Source of the DNA: the human T2T-CHM13v2.0 reference genome, Homo sapiens
Direction: 5' to 3' (one strand)
Assembly: GCF_009914755.1 (NCBI RefSeq)
Contig: NC_060931.1
DNA length: 64,000 nt
The notes beneath the pieces are model-generated. The model worked only from the letters and a program-made list of their open reading frames with translations, did not search any database and had not been told where the DNA came from. Below, piece by piece: positions 58,679 to 64,000 of this stretch; the stretch's first letter is position 1; every line of letters starts with the position of its first letter. A program made the position numbers and the translations under genes.

Positions 58679-59941
58679 CTGAAAGACAAAACTGCCTGCA
58701 GTTTTGGTTTGTTTTGTTTCTCCTCCTGCCCAAGAACCCGCAACGGTCCCTGGACCTGCTGATCAGAATAGTTGCACTCACCGATGCAGCAGAAGAAACA
58801 ATCCCTGCCCAAGAACCAGCAATGGTCCCTGGACCCTGCTGATCAGAATAGTTTCACTCACTGATGCAGCAGCAGAAACACTAGTTTTCCTCTGAGACCA
58901 CAAGGAGGACTGAAGAAGGTCGGATTTAGTGGCACTTACTGACGCATTCTCGAAAACCTGCACCCTTGCCTGTCCTCCTAGACTGCAAAGAAGACCGAGA
59001 AAAATTGGATTTAGTGACACTTACTGATGCATTCTCAAAAATCTCTTAGAGTCCTAAGCATTCTCCTGTTAGTATTGGGACCTTACCCCTGTCCTATAAA
59101 GATGTTATGCCTCAAAAATGAAGTGGAGGGCCATACCCTGGGGGAAGGAAGAGATCCCCAGGGTTGGAAGAGTGACACCTTTTGTCCTTACTTATATGAA
59201 TAAGAAGAATACAATTTCTGAGGCTCCCCATATCCTAGCTTCAGGAATAGCTTTTGTTAGGCCTGCTAGTCTGAGGAGGGATCCTAAAATTCCAGATAGT
59301 CCCCCCTGTGACAGGGCTTTGGGCAAAAATTATGTCTTTCTGATTGGTGAGCCCGGGTGCCAACAGAAGGTAACAGAGTCCTGGAGTTTATTCTAGTAAT
59401 CATTCCTATAGGAGAAACTAGAAAAGCACCAGAGACAGGGAGGGATTTTTAGAAGCGGGACTAGCCTTGGAGAAGAGAGGCTAGAGGAAGTTTGTCTGGC
59501 AGGCATTAGGACCCAGGAGGCAAGGGTCAGGGTTGATAGAATAGATGGGCGAGTCTCGCTTGGGTGACATGCCTTTGAGAGTTCCGCTCATGGCCACAGG
59601 GTCAACCAACTTGTTGTCGGGACCCCGGAGCTGAATGGCTTTCCTCTCTGTCAACCCTTGGCTCAGCCCAGAAGTACAGGAAAAACGGAAGCTGGCTCTA
59701 GGCAAACCAACGCTCCTAACTCCAAAAAGTCAGGGGTTGTTAGAGAGCCCTTTCCCAGAAAGCCTGACTCCCGTGTCTTTAGTCAGGTGGCTGCGCTAGT
59801 CGCTTTTAACTGGCCAACAGGTGCCCTGTATTAGGCCCCAAATTCTAAGGAAAAATAGGACAGAATAGCAAGTGAAAGGGGTCCAATGGTACTCACTGTT
59901 TGGTGATAGGTGATAGTCTCACTGCTTGGCAATAGGTGATA

Positions 59942-59959
59942 GTCCCTTCGTGGTCACCA
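59942..59959 (-). promoter_or_regulatory. Primer binding site, tRNA-Arg
   Basis: Minus strand TGGTGACCACGAAGGGAC, 3 nt inside the 5' LTR; an Arg PBS is typical of HERV9. Confidence 0.88.
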
Positions 59960-59962
59960 AAA

Positions 59963-60611
59963 TGTGTCCAGAATTGGTTCCTTCCAGTGGGTTCTTGGTC
60001 TCACTGACTTCAAGAATGAAGCTACGCACCCTCACAGTGGGTGTTAAAGTTTTTAAAGATGGTGTGTCCGGAATTTGTTCCTTCAGATGTTCAGATGTGT
60101 CCAGAGTTTCTTCCTTCTGGTGGGTTCATGGTGTCACTGACTTCAGGAGTGAAGTTGCAGACCTTCGCAGTCAGTGTTACAGCTCTTAAAGGCAGCGTGT
60201 CCAGAGTTGTTCATTCCTCCCAGTGGGTTCGTGCTCTTGCTAGCTTCAGGAGTGAAGCTGCAGACCTTTGCGGTGATTGTTACAGCTCATAAAGGTAGTG
60301 CGAACCCAAAGAGTGAGCAGCAGCAAGATTTACTGTGAAGAGCAAAAGAACAAAGCTTCCACAGCATGGAAGGGGACCTGGCTGGCTCTAGTGGCCTGCT
60401 TTTATTCCTTCATCTGGCCCCACCCACTTCCTGCTGATTGGTCCATTTTACAGAGAGCTGATTGGTCTGTTTTACGGAGAGCTGATTGGTGTGTTTACAA
60501 ACCTTTAGCTAGATACAGAGCGCTGACTGGTGCATTTGCAATCCTTTAGCTAGACAGAAAAGTTCTCCAAGTCCTCACCCGACCCAGAAGCCCAGCTGGC
60601 TTCACGTCTCA
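59963..60611 (-). mobile_element. LTR12 5' LTR
   Basis: Direct repeat of 52328-52993; polyA signal altered to AGTAAA (tttact 60329-60334). Confidence 0.95.
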
Positions 60612-61446
60612 TTGGGATATATGCTGCAACTAAGAACAAAATACACAGAAGCCATTCTGTACCTATTACATTTGTAGAAGATCAAAATATGCCACCCTGA
60701 AATATGCTATTTTGCTGAAGGCAATTGAAATTCGACAAAGGCAGAAATAAGCTTTCCCAGAGCTTCCCTTCTCTGCCTAAAAGAAGACACTTCAGAGAAG
60801 TGAGGACTTCCATCTATGCTCTCTCAGGGCAAGTTTCACAGCCACGAAGAAGATGGAAAGTCGGCATCATGATGGACCTGCCCCCCAAAATCTTAATCTC
60901 TTTGTTTTCCCCATATATTTACCTTTTCACGTTTGCTTCTCCTAAAAACCTAAACTCCTTTTCCTTTGTCTTGTGACAAGTGACAAGTAGCTCAAACATA
61001 ACAGAAGTTTATTTTTATTTCTCATAATAATCCAGACACAGTCAGGTGTTTCAGATGTCTAGTCAGCTCTTAATCACAGATTCATCTGAGACCCATGTTC
61101 CTTCTACCTTGTTGCTTCATTATTTCTTAAACTCCTTCTCTCATTTCTTGATCAAAACAGGGATCACCAAGTCTATATTCCAATGTTTTAGCCTACAGAG
61201 AAGGGAGAAAGAGAAGATATAGAGGCAAAGACATTTCTGTTTTAAAGTCCATGACCTCAAATGTCAGTCACAATGTTCTCCCATACAGTTTGGCTAAATT
61301 TAGTGACACCACTCCTCCTAGCCTCATGGCACACTGGGAAATGCAATCTTAGGTAGGAAATGTATGGGCCAGGCAGAATCTTCAAGGGTTCTATTACTAA
61401 AAAGATCACCAAAAAGTGGATCCTGGAAAAAATGTACAGTCTGACA
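60612..61446 (-). mobile_element. Old MLT1 (J/K-like) LTR; its terminal ~10 bp lie at 52317-52327; interrupted at 60646-60974
   Basis: agtagctcaaacataacagaagtttattt; gacccatgttccttctaccttgttgct; ctgggaaatgcaatctt; gggttctattacta. Confidence 0.7.
60646..60974 (+). repeat. Inverted duplicate of 61996-62325 (partial MER34-like LTR plus flank)
   Basis: About 91% identical by eye to the reverse complement of 61996-62325, including ~27 bp outside the LTR. Confidence 0.92.
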
Positions 61447-61767
61447 GAGGCCAGTTAATTTAGATCTCTGTAGACTTTTGTAAGGCGTTTATTTTAAACA
61501 ATGAGTGGGATGAAAAATCTTTACAAGATTTGAGCAAAGGAGTCATAGCATCAGACTTTTATTTAAGAAAATTACTCTTGCTGATGATCACATCTTCACC
61601 ATGCTCCAATAATACTAATGTATTTGTAATGCTTCCTTTTACATTTGAAGTGTGATTTTTATATAAGTGGTTCTGTTTCAAAAATATATTTTCTGCTCAT
61701 CAACCTGGAGCTTCTTATACAGTTTCCCCTTTTAATTATTCCAGTTCTATACAGAGGGATTATAATA

Positions 61768-62298
61768 TGCAGGGATGGAAAACACAAAGCAGAAATACCT
61801 CTACCCTTTATCCTTCTAGGTTCTCCAGCTGAGAACAGACATAAGGCAGGCTAACAAGAGAAAAATAAGGTTTCTTAACGTGATGCAATACATAGCACAC
61901 AGGAGAAACCTCAGCTAATGGTAGTTCAGAGGGGTGGTTAGAAACTGGGACTTACGTAACAACTTAGCAAATAACAATATGTTTGTAGAGAAGTGACAAG
62001 ACAAAGGAAAAGGAGTTTAGCTTTTTAGGGGAAGCAAACTTGGAAAAGGTAAATATATGGGGAAAACAAATAGAGTAAGATTTTTGGGGATAGGTCCATC
62101 GTGGTGTCGAATTTCCATCTTCTTCCTGCCTGTGAAACTTGCCCTCAGAGGGCATAGATCGAAGTCCTCACTTCTCTGAAGTGTCTTCTTTTAGGCAGAG
62201 AAGAGAAGCTCTGGGAAAGTTTATTTTTGCCTTTGTTGAATCTCAATTGCTTTCAGCAAAACAGCATATTTCAGGATGGCATATTTTGATCGCCTACA
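61768..62298 (-). mobile_element. MER34-family ERV1 solo LTR
   Basis: Minus-strand start tgtaggcgatcaaaatatgccatcctgaaatatg; end ttttccatccctgca; TSD aata/aatg. Confidence 0.8.
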
Positions 62299-63300
62299 AA
62301 TGTAATAGATATAGAATGGCTTCTGGAGTAGGGTATCTGTGTTTGAATATCAGAAAAGTCCCTTTCTAGTGTGAGGCTTTTCTGTGACTTAATTTCTTTA
62401 TCTGCTTTGAAGGTTTTTGTGAAGAATTGATGCATTAATGTGTTACATAGTTAAATAGCTACTGGCACATAATAAACCCTGTAAAACTAGTAGAAGTTAA
62501 TTTTCCTGTTCTATCATATTTTAATCACTTCAATTTACTTTTTAACTTAAATTTTAGTATTTTCACATTTTTTTCTTCTGATTAAGACTCTCATTTTCTA
62601 ATATGTTTTCTTAAATATTTTATTGGGAAAATTTAGTTTGTAAAATTTTTGCATTGCCATATTCAGACAAAGATATAAACGCTCATCAAACACAATTTAC
62701 AGTTCTTTTAAAAATATTTTTTAAATTAAATTTACTAGTTTTAATCGTATACTTTTCACATATTCATTGTTAGGTTTTCAACAGAGCTTTTCAACTCATT
62801 TTTATAAATATTTTTGTCTACCTTCCTAAAAGCCACATATGAAATTGCATTTGAATGTGTTTATGTGAACTGTTTATATTTATATATATTTTCCAAGGAC
62901 ACCTCCATGGCTTTTATGGACTTATTGAGACAAACTTCAAATTTCTGAATATTTTATTTCAAGTATTTTATATTACACTTTCTCCTATGAAATCTCAGAG
63001 TAGGCTGTGTTTTACAATAGAAACAGCTCTGTGTTCTCTCTGATGCTATTGCCTTGAATTCAATTTGGCTGAAAACAAATAAATCAACCAAGAAACAAAG
63101 CAACAAAAACTCTGATATGATTTTCCTGTGCCTAGTAAAGTTTGCCATGTCAAAGTGCAGAAATTTCACATTAATATATAATTTACATGCTAAATTTTAA
63201 AGAAAAAACAAGTTTCCTTTCTTATCCCCTCAGAAAAGGTGACAGAATGAACCATAAACTTAAAAAGGGCAGCCTTAGTGAATGTGCAGGCCCACAGGCA

Positions 63301-63317
63301 TGTGTGTGTGTGTGTGA
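63301..63317 (+). repeat. Short (TG)n
   Basis: Seen directly. Confidence 0.85.
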
Positions 63318-64000
63318 TATTTAGTATTAAATATTTCTGAGATGCTGCTTCCATTATCTTTTAGACTTAAACTTTAGTTCCATGAGTTCTTCAGTTTAGC
63401 CCTGTTTGTGGAGTCTCTGAGACACATATCTTTCTTCATTGCTGCTCTTCAATCTCCGTTGATTGATAGTTACTGATTGTTTCCTAGGGAATAGAAGGCA
63501 GCCCCAAGAGAGAAATGCACTCATGGCTTAAATTCTTATATCACATCATCATGACCAGTGTCTTCTTTGATTGATTGGATGCCTAGGCAAATGAAGCAGC
63601 AATTGACCTCAACACACTGCAATTTCAATGATGCGGCGCCCCTCTCTAGACTAATTTTTCTTTAAAATAAAGTGCCTGCTACAACATTTTCATGATTACA
63701 AAACATTATTCTAATTATACAAAATATCCTTGTTGTCACAAGCCTTATCCCCATAACTTAGTAGCGTGCATCACACAAAAGAAAGGAATTTAATATCTAA
63801 AATGCATTCACACTTTTTACCCATTCCTCAGACTTTGTCATAATGTATACTTGATAAAACCAATGTGGATATATGATAACTATCTCTTCATACAGCTATG
63901 CCATTCCGTACAAACGGGATCATATCTTGCTTTCAGCAAAATTTTTTGAAAGTATTTTAACTGTTTTAGAGGAATCTTTATGCTTCATTCAGACTTCTTA

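Larger units (their letters stand above)
52328..60611 (-). mobile_element. HERV9 (ERV9) provirus, ~8.3 kb, LTR-gag-pro-pol-partial env-LTR
   Basis: Two LTR12s, Arg PBS, PPT, gag/pro/pol/env motifs in order; 4-bp TSD ttcg (52324-52327) / ttgg (60612-60615) with one mismatch. Confidence 0.97.

Overview
Primate genomic DNA, most likely catarrhine/human (AluY and HERV9 present). It is AT-rich and intergenic or deep-intronic. I found no credible host coding exon, tRNA, rRNA or CRISPR feature. The longer recognisable ORFs in the track are decayed retroelement frames, and the rest look like noise. Main contents: (1) a fused MaLR(-)/HERV-L(+) block inside an L2 (0.9-6.9 kb); (2) an old two-LTR ERVL-type element (MER76-like) with a tRNA-Ser primer site and only a decayed gamma-type env (16.2-18.4 kb); (3) a solo LTR12 inserted inside an AluY (18.5-19.6 kb); (4) a near-complete HERV9 provirus on the minus strand (52.3-60.6 kb); (5) many Alu, L1, L2, MIR, MLT/MST and MER elements. 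The most unusual signals are repair or rearrangement scars: a ~330-bp inverted templated duplication beside the provirus, an AT-rich patchwork insertion in HERV9 gag, and a ~42-bp direct repeat flanking an L1. There is also an interleaved inverted-repeat motif in unique sequence at 15.4 kb. Family names come from remembered consensus sequences, so subfamily calls are approximate. I do not see evidence for a new multi-gene biological system.
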